The notes beneath the pieces are model-generated. The model did not search any database and was not told the origin of the DNA. It saw only the letters and a list, made by a program, of their open reading frames with translations. The position numbers were made by a program, and so were the translations under genes. A DNA stretch of 61,511 bases, filler included, from Pseudomonadota bacterium (GTDB taxonomy: Bacteria; Desulfobacterota; Desulfobacteria; Desulfobacterales; JBDRRP01), in NCBI GenBank assembly GCA_043825735.1. It is 4 parts of 4 records of this genome, joined end to end, with 100 filler letters (N's around TTAATTAATTAA, not from the genome) between each part and the next. Parts side by side here need not be neighbours in the genome. Positions count along the whole stretch, not along the records: positions 39,822 to 57,899 come from JBDRRP010000133.1; 3 more parts are not named here. One strand, 5' to 3'. Shown in pieces: positions 39,876 to 51,000 of this stretch (position 1 is the stretch's first letter; every line of letters begins with the position of its first letter).

Positions 39876-41723
39876 TTATTTCTCGACCACCTCCTTTCTT
39901 TTGAATGCCTCGGCAATAAACGATGACGGCTTTGCCGGGCGCCCCAGATAGGACATTGTTTGAGACAGATACAACAGCCTCATGGCCCTGCTCATGGCTA
40001 CGAAGGCGATCCTGCGCTCCTCCTCCGGTTCACCGTTTGCGTTTGGCATGACGCCTTCGACCATGCCGATCACGAACACCACGGGGAACTCAAGCCCCTT
40101 GGCCTTGTGGACCGTCGATAGGGTCACGCCTTCCTCATCTTTGCCGCTGTTCGTGCGGACGGACTCCGCGTATTCCAGGAACTCACCCAAGTCTTCGTAT
40201 GGACCGGAAGCTCTTTGGAGCTGATCCAGGCTTTCCAGCGGCCCCTCGAATGGATCGGACAGTTCGTCTGCCAGGTATTTATCCAGATCCAGTTGCTCGC
40301 GAATCTGCTCAATCAGGCCGGCTGGCTCAAGCCATGTCTTTGCACTGGCAAGGCTATCTATCAATGATGTGAACGCCTCGATGCTGTCTTTGAGGTACTT
40401 GGCGCCAACCGGTATCACCTTCAGGGCGGGGTAAAGATGCAGGTCATTTGCCTCTGCATAGGTTTCCAGGTTCTCAATGAAGCTGTGGCTGACATACCGA
40501 CCGGGAACATTGATCACCGTTTTCAGGGCTTCATCTCCGTCGAACGTGTCCGGTTCGTTGACCAGCACCAAATACTGGATCAGGATGTTGACCTCATAAC
40601 GGTTGTAGAAGTTTGCTTCTGATTCTATCCGATAGGGGACATTACGCTTCGAGAACGCCTCCTCGATGGCCCTGGACTGGCTATTGGCCCGGTACAAGAT
40701 GGCGATGTCCCTGTAAGCGTATCCACGGCTTTCGACCAAGTCGCGGATTTCCGTTTCGATCTGACGCGCCTCCTCGTCCTCGGATAGGGCATGAAGAACG
40801 ATGATGCTCTCACCGGGCTGGTTGATCGTGTTCAGGGTCTTGTCGATCTTTCGCTTGTTGTGACTGATGAGGTGCTGACAGGCGGTCAGAATCTGTGGGG
40901 TGGACCTGTAATTCGTATCAAGGATGAACCTGACGCTTCCCGGGTGGCGCTTTGAAAATGACAGGATGTTTTCAACTTCGGCGCCGGTAAATCCGAAAAT
41001 GCTCTGCCAATCATCGCCACACACCCACAGTGATGAGTAGTCATTCTTGCCGGCTATCAGGTTCAGAACCTCCACCTGAGCAGGATTGGTGTCCTGATAT
41101 TCATCGACCAGGATATGCGGAAAGGTCTGTCGGTAACTGTTGCACCGGTCCTCGTGCGATTTGAGCAGGCGATAGGCCTCCATCAACAGGTCTGAGAAAT
41201 CCAAACAAAGGCATTTACGTTTCTCCTCCTCGTAGACCTGGTAAATCTCGGCGACGGCCTGCATCACCTCGTCATTCTCGTGAAATGACCGGAAGCGCTC
41301 CCAGTCCATCAGGCGGCTCTTGGCAAGGCCGATCTCACGAAGGGCGAAGCCGGCGGAAAACTCGCCCACATCGAGCCTCTTGATTACCTTGCGCATGAGA
41401 TAGACCTGACGCTTGCCATGAAGCATTTCAAAGGTCCGGCCTTCCTCCTTCAACAGCCGGTGGCAAAAGGAATGGATAGTGGAAAGGGTCACCTTGGAGG
41501 ACTGATCCAGTAGGACCGGCCTGAGCTTGTTTCTCATGGCTCCGGCCGCGTTTCTGGTGAATGTAAGGCCCAGGATCTTTTCTGGCGGTATCCCCTGGCT
41601 GACCAAATTGCCGATCCGTGCGGCCATGGTGGCAGTTTTCCCAGATCCTGCGATGGCTACCACGCTGGCGGTGCCGAACATGAAGGCGGCGGCGGCTTTT
41701 TGATGGTCGTTTAGATTGTGCAT
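39876..41723 (-). CDS. UvrD/PcrA-like SF1 helicase
   Basis: AGSGKT, TFTRNAA, LVDEYQD, GDDWQSIF, NYRST, STVHKAKGLEF, EERRIAFVAMSRA. Confidence 0.93.
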   Translation of the reverse strand: MHNLNDHQKAAAAFMFGTASVVAIAGSGKTATMAARIGNLVSQGIPPEKILGLTFTRNAAGAMRNKLRPVLLDQSSKVTLSTIHSFCHRLLKEEGRTFEMLHGKRQVYLMRKVIKRLDVGEFSAGFALREIGLAKSRLMDWERFRSFHENDEVMQAVAEIYQVYEEEKRKCLCLDFSDLLMEAYRLLKSHEDRCNSYRQTFPHILVDEYQDTNPAQVEVLNLIAGKNDYSSLWVCGDDWQSIFGFTGAEVENILSFSKRHPGSVRFILDTNYRSTPQILTACQHLISHNKRKIDKTLNTINQPGESIIVLHALSEDEEARQIETEIRDLVESRGYAYRDIAILYRANSQSRAIEEAFSKRNVPYRIESEANFYNRYEVNILIQYLVLVNEPDTFDGDEALKTVINVPGRYVSHSFIENLETYAEANDLHLYPALKVIPVGAKYLKDSIEAFTSLIDSLASAKTWLEPAGLIEQIREQLDLDKYLADELSDPFEGPLESLDQLQRASGPYEDLGEFLEYAESVRTNSGKDEEGVTLSTVHKAKGLEFPVVFVIGMVEGVMPNANGEPEEERRIAFVAMSRAMRLLYLSQTMSYLGRPAKPSSFIAEAFKRKEVVEK

Positions 41724-42052
41724 GACATGGGGGCTCCTTTCTATGGTTGGATTCTTAGGACACGAAAAGGGGACCTGCGTCGGGGCAGATCGCCTGTTTA
41801 GTGGTTGTGGATGGCTGGAACTGGAAATATTTGGAGTAAGGCCGTGGATGGCGTGGCGGTTAAACTGTAATGTTGACAGAGATCGGGATTAGGTGGAAAC
41901 TATAAAAGGCGCGGATTTGGATAGTGTTTTCATTATTTATTCCATAGAAATCAAATACATATTTCGGCGGTGGCGAATAGTTCTCACCAGCCATTATATA
42001 GAATTAGAGCGATGTCGGACTAAACGATGTTGAAAGCAGAAAGGAACCTACC

Positions 42053-42838
42053 ATGTCCGTGAATAGTCACCTTGTGAATCTCGCGAGTGATCTCGTGTTG
42101 TCAGAGGTGGAAAAAAGCAGTATCTCAACCTCAATTACCACGCTGTCTTCCCGTCTGTCGGTTTACTTCGGAAGCGGTGTTACAAACCACTTTCAGTTCG
42201 GATCCAGCACTCGTGGCACGATCCTTCCTCGAAAAGCAGACAAAAACTCTGATATCGACTACATGGTTGTCTTTGATACATCTGACGGTCAAAAGAAACC
42301 GCAGACGTACCTCGATCGGTTAAAGCGCTTCGCCGAATCGAAGTACTCAACTTCGGAGATTTCGCAGTCGAGCCCGACCATTGTCCTTTCCCTCAACCAC
42401 ATCAAATTCGAGCTCGTACCAGCGATCTATAACTATGGCTATCAAATTCCATCACCTGCATCTTCATGGTCGGATTGGACCAGCACTGACCCGGCAGGCA
42501 CAAACGATGCCCTGCAGAGCAAGAACAAATCAGAGAACTACCAGGTCAAGCCGCTTGTCCGACTCCTCAAGTACTGGAATGCAAGAAAGGGCCACCCATT
42601 TAGATCCTTCGAACTCGAGCAATACGTTGTCGGCAAATTTTTCTGGTCATGCAGCGCACTGAAAGACTATTTCTACGACCTCTGGTCTGGTTTTAGTTGT
42701 ACCTACGATACGGCACAGTATATAAAAGATATGGTGGCCAGTGCAAAAGAACACGCCCGCAAGGCAAAAGAGTATGAGGACGCCAATATGCCAGTCAACG
42801 CAGAATTCGAAATCAAGAAGATCGTCCCAGCGCTATGA
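42053..42838 (+). CDS. SMODS/CD-NTase nucleotidyltransferase (CBASS cyclase-like)
   Basis: FGSSTRGT...SDIDYMVVF...FELVPA catalytic pattern, TDP, VRLLKYWN, SFELE. Confidence 0.88.
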   Translation: MSVNSHLVNLASDLVLSEVEKSSISTSITTLSSRLSVYFGSGVTNHFQFGSSTRGTILPRKADKNSDIDYMVVFDTSDGQKKPQTYLDRLKRFAESKYSTSEISQSSPTIVLSLNHIKFELVPAIYNYGYQIPSPASSWSDWTSTDPAGTNDALQSKNKSENYQVKPLVRLLKYWNARKGHPFRSFELEQYVVGKFFWSCSALKDYFYDLWSGFSCTYDTAQYIKDMVASAKEHARKAKEYEDANMPVNAEFEIKKIVPAL

Positions 42839-43659
42839 GCACGAAGCCTGAAATCCAAAGAGTTGACGAGGTTGATAGGTATTATTTGCCCATTAACAGA
42901 ATGGGTAAGGCAACAGCCGCACTTTTTTGGGTTATTGCAGCTGTCTCCCTTTTTATGCCATACGCCCGTTCTATTCTGGGGCCGGCGAATCACACTGCGC
43001 TGAGATCAGTATTTCTTGTTTTAGTACTCGTCCACTTTGTGCTTTCCCAAGTCTCCAGGCTCTATTTGGTGCCAAGAGCAGAGCGCATGCGTAGGATGCA
43101 ACTTCTTTCAGACGCTTTTGGCACCTGCCTCACACACGATCGAACGAGCCTATACTACAATAACGAGTACTCACCATCGGTAGAGCGCCTTGGGGCAAGC
43201 ACAATGGAGAATGCTCTGTTCAGCAAAGAGATTTCGGCCAAAATGCTGGAGCGCAAACGATGGACAGTTGGGGTCTACCTTGTAGCGTGGCTTCTTGCCT
43301 TTGCCCTTCGACACAACAACCTTGAACTGATCACGTGGATCACACAGCTCGTGTTCTCCGGGGAAGTCATCGCAAGCTGGCTAAAACTTGAATGCTTGCG
43401 CTTTCGGCATGAACGCGCCTATGAGCGGCTACATGCTCATTTCCTTCATAGTATCGGCGGTGATCAACCATGCGCAATCGCAAATGTGCTTGATGCTTTC
43501 GTGGCTTATGAATCCGCCAAAGCTGCCGCTGGTGTACTCCTTTCATCAAAAACATTTGTTCAACTCAACCCTGACTTAACCAGAAAGTGGGAACAAATCA
43601 GAGATGATTTGGGAATGCATCCCCGACAATACGGGTTGGCAAAAGGCGATCAAATTTGA
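42835..43659 (+). CDS. Four-TM putative CBASS effector (S-4TM-like)
   Basis: Two pairs of hydrophobic helices; ATGA overlap with cyclase stop. Confidence 0.72.
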   Translation: MSTKPEIQRVDEVDRYYLPINRMGKATAALFWVIAAVSLFMPYARSILGPANHTALRSVFLVLVLVHFVLSQVSRLYLVPRAERMRRMQLLSDAFGTCLTHDRTSLYYNNEYSPSVERLGASTMENALFSKEISAKMLERKRWTVGVYLVAWLLAFALRHNNLELITWITQLVFSGEVIASWLKLECLRFRHERAYERLHAHFLHSIGGDQPCAIANVLDAFVAYESAKAAAGVLLSSKTFVQLNPDLTRKWEQIRDDLGMHPRQYGLAKGDQI

Positions 43660-43815
43660 TAGCTTTGCCAATAGATTCGTGATGAGCGCCATACATTCAT
43701 AATCCCGTTGAAACTATACTCCTTTTTCAATGCCGCACTACATGACGGCAACAGGACAAAATGCCCATTGAGATAAGCCCCGGCAGCTTCACGATACCGG
43801 GGCTCCCTGTTCCGC

Positions 43816-44649
43816 CTACCAGTCTTTACAAGCCTCCGCGAACTGACAGTCTCCGCACATCCAGCTTTTGCTCGGCATGAATATCCGCGCCTCGATGCCT
43901 GCCAGCACGGCGCCAGTCAGTTTGGCAAATCTCCGGCGCTGTTTCGCAGTCCGGACCGTGTAGTGCTGCTCGAACTTGGGTGATTTCTTCAATTTTCGCA
44001 GGACATCGAAACGACAATACACATCGACCTTGGGAAACACATACCGGTTGGCGGCCAGCAGGTAAGCATACGAGGTCAGTTGCAGATCCTCGTCCACAGT
44101 GTCCTGTCCGTATGGGTTCTTGGCTGTCTTGTTGTCCACGGCGATGATGTTGCTGGCGGCGTCCTTGAGCAAAAGGTCGATGATGCCAGTCACAACCATA
44201 TCCAGGGCCTGTCCTGCTTCGGAATACAGCCTGGCGGTCAAAGGAAGCTCGATACCGATGATCTCGAATCCGGTCATGTCGATGCCTTCGTAAAACGCCT
44301 TCAGCATCTTTCTGCCCATGTCGATGGCGGCGGCTCGATTCGGGGTCTGTTGCTTGTAAATGATGGGCACCTCTACTCGGTCCAGGCCGGCGGTCAACAC
44401 CTCGGCGAACACATCCTGCAACTGCCACAGCGGATCAGGCACCCCGTTATCCATCAGACCTCGGTGGTAGCGCTCAATGGCGCTGTGGATGGCGGAACCG
44501 AACGGCAGCGCGATGCTGATTCTTTCAGCCGGCCGCTGCTCGACGTACTGGAACTGATATTTAAGGGGACAGGCCAGATAGGTGAACACCTGGCTGTAGC
44601 TGACGTGAAGCTCGGATTGAAAATCGGCCAATGCTTGTTTTCTGCTCAT
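43816..44649 (-). CDS. PD-(D/E)XK RecB/Cas4-like nuclease
   Basis: SYSQ...CP, GIIDL...VDNKT, QLTSY, C-terminal CGDCQFAEAC; start ATG 44649 after AAAGGAG. Confidence 0.88.
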   Translation of the reverse strand: MSRKQALADFQSELHVSYSQVFTYLACPLKYQFQYVEQRPAERISIALPFGSAIHSAIERYHRGLMDNGVPDPLWQLQDVFAEVLTAGLDRVEVPIIYKQQTPNRAAAIDMGRKMLKAFYEGIDMTGFEIIGIELPLTARLYSEAGQALDMVVTGIIDLLLKDAASNIIAVDNKTAKNPYGQDTVDEDLQLTSYAYLLAANRYVFPKVDVYCRFDVLRKLKKSPKFEQHYTVRTAKQRRRFAKLTGAVLAGIEARIFMPSKSWMCGDCQFAEACKDW

Positions 44650-44725
44650 GATCGTCTCCTTTTCTGGGGCAATGAAAAAGGGAAGGCCCGCGCAGGCACC
44701 TTCCCCTTTGGTTGAATGATTGCGA

Positions 44726-45703
44726 TTACCGGCTTTGCAGCCAGTCGATGAGGCTGGAGGCGTCGGACCGGGTGATGTGATCCACCACGGAGCCATAAGT
44801 GCTGACACAGTGCTCGTTGAGTTCCTTCTTGGTCATGCCGGCTGTCTGCATCAGGCTCATGATGTATTTGTACTGCTTGCCGGTGATACGATTGCCGCCG
44901 TTGGATTGACCATTTGCAGGAGGCTGATTGGATCGGCCCCCGGCCTGGCGCTGCTGACCGTTTGTGGCATTCTTGTGTGAGTAGCTGTTTTCGCCGGCGC
45001 GCGGAGTACCTTCCTCTTGGTGTGTACCTGCCTCCGGTCGAGATGCATTGGTATCCGGCTGCACCTGCTGCCGCGCCTGACCAGGCATATCCTCCAGGTC
45101 CTGCGTGAACAGCTCCGATAGCCCAGCCACCCGCAACGTGGCATCGATGTGGGCGGACTTCTCGGCCATCTTGAGGCTCTTGTTGATGTCGCCACTGTCC
45201 TGAGCGATACGCCTGGCACCGGTTCCCTCGGCGGCCACGAATCCGCTACCCGTGTGAAGCTCGCATTTGAGAAGGATGACCTTTAGATCCTCCCCGCGAA
45301 GGGCGGCGCTTTCGTATTCTTTGAGGTTAGGAAACCTCGGAATAAGCCCCAGCATGCCGCAGATTTTCTCGGCACCTGGCTTCCACAGGGACGGTTTGCT
45401 CCAGTGCCTCGGATTGATGCACTCATGAGCTTTCCCCTCACTGGCCAGCCGGCACTTGTCCTTTCCGACCACGTGAATCTGGCCGTAATCGACGCCGATC
45501 TGAAGGTTGGACTGAATCCACCGGAGCAAGGCCTTGCGGTTGTCCTCACGGCGCTCCAGGGCCGCTGAGAAGCGCTCCACAGGCATATCCAGCGGTGCCG
45601 TAGGAATGAGGCTTGGGACCGTTATGCGGTGCTCCTGATGCACCTCAGGAGGAAGTACTTCGACCGAGTTGACGCGTCTGGTTTCTTGTCTTTCTTGGGT
45701 CAT
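44726..45703 (-). CDS. Putative single-strand annealing protein
   Basis: KPSLWKPGAEKI, KMAEKSAHIDATL, LFTQDLED core, disordered linker and small helical C-terminal domain; adjacent to the nuclease. Confidence 0.55.
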   Translation of the reverse strand: MTQERQETRRVNSVEVLPPEVHQEHRITVPSLIPTAPLDMPVERFSAALERREDNRKALLRWIQSNLQIGVDYGQIHVVGKDKCRLASEGKAHECINPRHWSKPSLWKPGAEKICGMLGLIPRFPNLKEYESAALRGEDLKVILLKCELHTGSGFVAAEGTGARRIAQDSGDINKSLKMAEKSAHIDATLRVAGLSELFTQDLEDMPGQARQQVQPDTNASRPEAGTHQEEGTPRAGENSYSHKNATNGQQRQAGGRSNQPPANGQSNGGNRITGKQYKYIMSLMQTAGMTKKELNEHCVSTYGSVVDHITRSDASSLIDWLQSR

Positions 45704-45803
45704 GATCTCTTCTCCTTTTCATTTGGTTGGTCCAGAAACACGAAAAGCCCGGCGAGCGAAATTGCTCACCGGGCCTCTCTGTTGGGGTGGATGATTGTGG
45801 CGG

Positions 45804-46013
45804 TTATCGCCAGTAAAGACCGCTTTCCAGGGCCTCCTGAGCTTCCTCAAAACTGCGGTAGTAACCACTCTCGCGACTGTAGGGGCCGCAATTCGGGCAG
45901 AAAAAGCCTACATAGTTGCCAGCCGCGCTGCGATGGACACCGATATGGAGCACGGCGTGGCATTCACAGCAATTGGTGACGACGTCGTTTACGCATTCAC
46001 CGGGCACTGTCAT
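45804..46013 (-). CDS. Small Cys-rich hypothetical protein
   Basis: CCEC...CPNCGPYSRES; AAAGGAGG RBS. Confidence 0.65.
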   Translation of the reverse strand: MTVPGECVNDVVTNCCECHAVLHIGVHRSAAGNYVGFFCPNCGPYSRESGYYRSFEEAQEALESGLYWR

Positions 46014-46018
46014 GAAGA

Positions 46019-46234
46019 TCACCTCCTTTCGGGTGTGGATGGGTTTTCACTGAAGGGGCAGTCCTGGCATTTCGTTTTGTCCCGACAGGCATCACAGACC
46101 TTTTGCCGGTCCAGGATCTTAGGCAAGTAATCGAATACGAACTCGATGCCCTTGTTCATTGGAACGCCCAGGGCCCATGAGATCCGGCGAAGCGTGCAAG
46201 ACGATTTCAAGGAAAGCTCCGGTGTGTATGCCAT
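46019..46234 (-). CDS. Small hypothetical protein with Cys cluster
   Basis: MAYTPELS...CDAC...CQDC; AAAGGAGG RBS. Confidence 0.65.
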   Translation of the reverse strand: MAYTPELSLKSSCTLRRISWALGVPMNKGIEFVFDYLPKILDRQKVCDACRDKTKCQDCPFSENPSTPERR

Positions 46235-46317
46235 TGGCGCTTCACCTCCTTTCGAAATAAAAAAACCACTTGCCGCCGGGGCAAATGGCTCCATTGAAAT
46301 TTTTGGAAATGTTGATC

Positions 46318-46863
46318 TCAGCCTATCTGGTCATACATCCGCTGGATGATGCCGTTGTCGGCCATGCTGTAATACCGGTCCTCGAACATCGAGACGATGA
46401 TGTGCTCATGGACGGTGATGCCAACCAGTTGGCAGGCCTGGATCAGCTTCTCGGTCAACGCCAGATCCTCAGGGGACGGCTGAGTGTCCCCACTTGGGTG
46501 GTTGTGGCTGAGAATAATTGCCGATGAACTGGCCAGAATCGCTGGTTTGAGCACTTCACGAGGACAGACCTGGGCCGATGAGACGCTGCCGGTGCTGACA
46601 ATGTTCACGCCGATGATCTCGTTCTTGGTATTGAGCATTAGCACGCAGAACTGTTCCCGGTCGGACTGGCCGTGGGCTTCAATCAGCTTGCGGATGATCG
46701 GCTGGGCCTGCTGCGAATTGGCCAGACGGCACCGCTCAAAGGGAAGGTGCTGGTCTCGAACCAGCGCGACTCGGTAATTTGAAATGAACTTGGAATGGTG
46801 AGGTGTCTCGGCGGGGGATGGGAAAAGGCTCTGCTGTCTTGGTATGGGGGATTTCTCATTCAA
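46318..46863 (-). CDS. RadC-like JAB domain protein
   Basis: DREQF, PREVLK, HNHPSGD..PS.ED, HII; TTG start after AAAGGAGG (ORF track starts 46872). Confidence 0.9.
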   Translation of the reverse strand: MNEKSPIPRQQSLFPSPAETPHHSKFISNYRVALVRDQHLPFERCRLANSQQAQPIIRKLIEAHGQSDREQFCVLMLNTKNEIIGVNIVSTGSVSSAQVCPREVLKPAILASSSAIILSHNHPSGDTQPSPEDLALTEKLIQACQLVGITVHEHIIVSMFEDRYYSMADNGIIQRMYDQIG

Positions 46864-47293
46864 ATGGATCACCTCCTTTCAAATCACGAAAGGCCATCGA
46901 TAAGAATCGACAGCCCTGTGAATGGCAGCCCTGGTGGTGGGGGCTATAATGTATGTTTTCGGACCTTACCCCTTGATCACTATATGGGTGCCAGAGGCGA
47001 TATTTTTGGCGGAATTTTTCAGGACGACCAGGATGGTGGCTGTTGGGACAAGACCGGCAGGCAAAATATATGGTGGGGCTATTGAGGAGGTTCGACCACG
47101 ATAACCTGCGCACGGTAAAAACTTTGAAAATCCCTGAAAAAGTTTGACATTTTAGTCATTACTGTGCTTTATTAATGCCGATTTATACGTGTTTATTGGT
47201 ATCTGGCATTATTTGGCCAGCTGATGGCATTATTTTCTCTCAATCCCATACCACCCGACACAAATAACAAATTTTCCATCGTTAGGATTCAAA

Positions 47294-47512
47294 ATGGAAG
47301 ACAGATGGCTTTCTGTAGATGAAATTGCAGCCTATCTCGGCATTAAGCGGGATACACTCTATAAATGGATCTCCGATAAGCGAATGCCAGCTCATCGAGT
47401 CGGAAGGCTGTGGAAATTCCGTAAGGAAGAGGTTGACGAATGGGTAAAGTCTGGCGCGGCAGGCGAAAGGGATGATGAATCCCAGGGCACTGCTAAAGAC
47501 ACTGCGAGATGA
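47294..47512 (+). CDS. Excisionase-family HTH DNA-binding protein
   Basis: WLSVDEIAAYLG...TLYKW...PAHRVGRLWKF. Confidence 0.9.
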   Translation: MEDRWLSVDEIAAYLGIKRDTLYKWISDKRMPAHRVGRLWKFRKEEVDEWVKSGAAGERDDESQGTAKDTAR

Positions 47513-47584
47513 GCATTACGAGTTAAAGGGTGTTCGGATCAGTGGCAAGATGAACCCTCTGCGCTCGGGATAAGGAGCTATTAG

Positions 47585-48064
47585 TTGAGCAAGAGCCAAA
47601 CGTGTTTCAACCCTGACAATTGTGCCGCAGCGATAGCGCAAGCTGAGGCACGCTACGCCAAGCTGCTTTTGGTTGTTGGGCGTTCCGGGACCGGCAAAAC
47701 GGCGTTGTTGCGCACCATGGCCAAACAGTTTGGAATCCCATTGTTTAACTTGGGCCTCGAACTGAGCAGGCGGCTGCTTCCTCTGGATATCCGGGAACGG
47801 AAGCTGCGAGCCGCGGATTTGATTGCCGATATGTTCGACGAGATTAACAGTTCACGGATTGCCGTCGACAACACGGAGATCATATTCGACGCCGATTTGG
47901 AATTGAATCCGGTCGGTTTGCTTGAAAAGCTTTCAAGGACAAGGCTGTTGGTGTGGTCCTGGAATGGCAAGCTTGATGACGGTCATGTAATCTACGGTGA
48001 GCCCGGACACCGCGAATATCGTCGTATGCCAACAGACCGTATTACTCTGATAACGCTCTTATAA
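47585..48064 (+). CDS. brxF: BREX type 3 P-loop protein
   Basis: GRSGTGKT, DNTEIIFD, YGEPGHREY; precedes the large ATPase. Confidence 0.85.
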   Translation: MSKSQTCFNPDNCAAAIAQAEARYAKLLLVVGRSGTGKTALLRTMAKQFGIPLFNLGLELSRRLLPLDIRERKLRAADLIADMFDEINSSRIAVDNTEIIFDADLELNPVGLLEKLSRTRLLVWSWNGKLDDGHVIYGEPGHREYRRMPTDRITLITLL

Positions 48065-48076
48065 GCGAGAGATGCA

Positions 48077-51000
48077 ATGAAATACAACGAACTGATTTCG
48101 TTCGAACCCATCGAAAGTGTGATCCAACTGCGAGATGCGAACCGCGAAGCGTCGGCGAGGAAGCACGTCTCGTCATATGTCATTTCCAAAGAGATGTGTC
48201 AGAGGCTTAGTGAAGTGGTCATCCCGCATCTTCAGTTCCATAAGCCACACGATAACAAGGGGTTGTTGATAGTTGGCAACTACGGGACCGGTAAGTCTCA
48301 CCTCCTTTCCTTCCTTTCAAGCATTGCCGAGAATGGGGAATTGCTGCCGCTAATCACCGATACAACCGTACGGGAGGCTGCTCAGGATATTGCCGGCCAA
48401 TTCAAGGTAATTCGCCTGGAAATCGGTTCGACGGAGATGCCCTTCAGAGAAATCATCACCTCTGCGTTGGAAAAGAATCTTGAGGACATGAATGTTTCTT
48501 TCCGGTTTCCCGAAGCGAACCAGCAGTATGAGAACAAAACCGCATTCGAACAACTCATGGGGGTTTTCCATAAACAATACCCCAATCACGGGCTATTAAT
48601 CGTGGTGGATGAACTTTTGGATTACCTCCGCTCCCGAAGTGATCAGCCTCTCATCCTTGATCTGGGTTTCCTCCGTGAACTGGGAGAGGTGTGCAAGGAT
48701 CTGCGGTTTCGCTTCATTGCCGGGGTCCAAGAAGCCATTTTCGAAAGTGGCCGCTTTGCACACGTCGCCGACAGCATAAGGCGGGTAAAAGACCGGTTTC
48801 AACAGGTCCGGATCGCCTCAACGGATGTTAAATACGTCGTGGCCAATCGGCTGCTCAGCAAGTCAGCAGAGCAGATTGCGAAAATTCGTGAGTATCTTGA
48901 GCCATTTACCAAATTTTATGGAAATATGACTGAGCGAATGGACGATTTCGCGCAGCTTTTCCCGATGCATCCGGACTACATCGAGACGTTCGAGCATATC
49001 CCAATCGTCGAAAAGCGCGGCGTGCTTCAAATCATTTCCGATACGACCAGAAACCTGCTCAACCAAGATGTCCCTGAAGACAAAATCGCCGTGGAGGCAT
49101 TTGACAGCTACTGGCAGACCATCAGCGACAACGCAGACAACCGCGCCATCCCGGAAGTTGGAGAAATCATTGAATGCAGTGACGTTTTGAGAGCCAAGAT
49201 CAAAAATGCTTACACCAAGCCTCCATATAAACCGATGGCGCTCCGCATCGTTGACGCCTTGTCTGTTCACCGGCTGACCACACACGATTTGTATTCGCCC
49301 ATCGGGTTGACCCCGGAGGAGTTGCGAGACGGTCTCTGCCTATACCATAATGCTGTCGGCAGCCTGCCCGGAGATCCGGCCGCCAATTTGCTGACCGTTG
49401 TGGAAACCGCGTTGCGGGAAATCCATCGAACAGTCAGTGGCCAGTTCATCTCCTCGAACAAAGATAACCGGCAGTACTACCTGGACTTGAAGAAAGTCGA
49501 CGACTACGACGCAATCATCGAGAAAAGATCCGGTGCGTTGGATAAAAATGTCCTCGATCGCTATTACTATGATGCGTTGCGCCAGGTGCTGGAGTGCACC
49601 GACACACCGGCTTTCACCGGCTGGCAGATTTGGCAGCATGAGATCGCCTGGAAGGAGCGAAGCGCACCGCGCTTGGGTTATCTTTTCTTTGGAACACCAA
49701 GCGAACGTTCAACGGCCATACCGCCCCGCGATTTCTATTTCTATTTCATTCAGCCCTTTGATGCCCCGCGCTTTACCGATGAGAAACTACCGGATGAGGT
49801 GTTTTTCAGGCTTTCCGAAAAGGACCAATCCTTCGAAGATGGCCTCAAATTCTACGCCGCAGCGCTCGAACTCGCGGCCCAGTCTTCTGGAGCAAAAAAG
49901 GACACCTATCAGAAAAAGGCAACAGAGCACCTCACCACGCTGGCAAAATGGATGCGGGAGCATCTGCTCGGATCGATGGACGTCACCTATCAGGGACAGA
50001 AAAAGAAACTCACCCGCTGGCTCACCGGGCGCCCGGGGGGCGGAGGTCCGATGAACATCCGTGACACCGTGAATGCGGTGGGGTCAGCTTGTTTGGCTGA
50101 ACACTTTGGCAATTTGGCTCCGAACTATCCAACCTTTTCGATTTTGCTTACCACCAAGAGCATCCCACAGGCAGCTCAGGATGCCATACGCGGCATCGCC
50201 CAGCCCGCCATGAGAACCAAGCAAGCCACGGCTGTCCTGGATGCACTGGAATTGATCGACGGAGACAAGCTTGAACCAGCCCAATCCCAATATGCCAAAA
50301 CCATTATCGACCTGCTAAAGGCGAAAGGACAGGGCCAAGTCATGAATCGGCAGGAAATGATCCAGTCCGTCAATGGGGTGGACTATTTCATGCCTGAAAA
50401 ATTCCGGCTGGAACCGGAATGGGCGGTCGTATTGCTCGCCTCGCTTGTATATTCTGGCGATGTTGTACTGTCGATTCCAGGCGCAAAATTCGACGCCACG
50501 GGATTGAATACCCTTGCCACGACCACCGTCGATGATCTCGTCAAGTTTAAGCACATCGAACGGCCCAAGGACTGGAACCTTCCCGCACTTAAGGCACTAT
50601 TTGAACTCATGGGCCTGGCGCCAGGATTGGCTGTTGAGGTTACACAGGGCAGCACGGCCCCGGTCACTCAGCTTCACAAAACGATTCTGGAGGTCATCGA
50701 GCGCCTTGTTCTTGCTCGGCAACAACTGATAAATGGGATTCCCTTTTGGGGACAGAACTTGTTTACTGAACAGGAAATACAGGGATTATCCGAGACTCTC
50801 GACAAAACCAAGACATTCGTTGAGAGCCTCCAAGCCTATAATGCACCTGGAAAACTTAAAAATCTGAAATATGATGCCGATGAGATCAAATCACACGGCT
50901 CCGCATTTAATCGGTTGAAGGAGATCCAGGATCTTGAAGCCTTTACCCTCGAAATCGGTCAATACGCACAGTATCTTTCCATGGCCGAAGGCTACCTGCC

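Noticed and set aside
43816..44649. Cas4 of a CRISPR system
   Set aside because: No other cas genes or array; context is an ICE recombination module.
46318..46863. JAB protein as CBASS Cap3
   Set aside because: RadC-type motifs, opposite strand and separated from the cyclase by four backbone genes.
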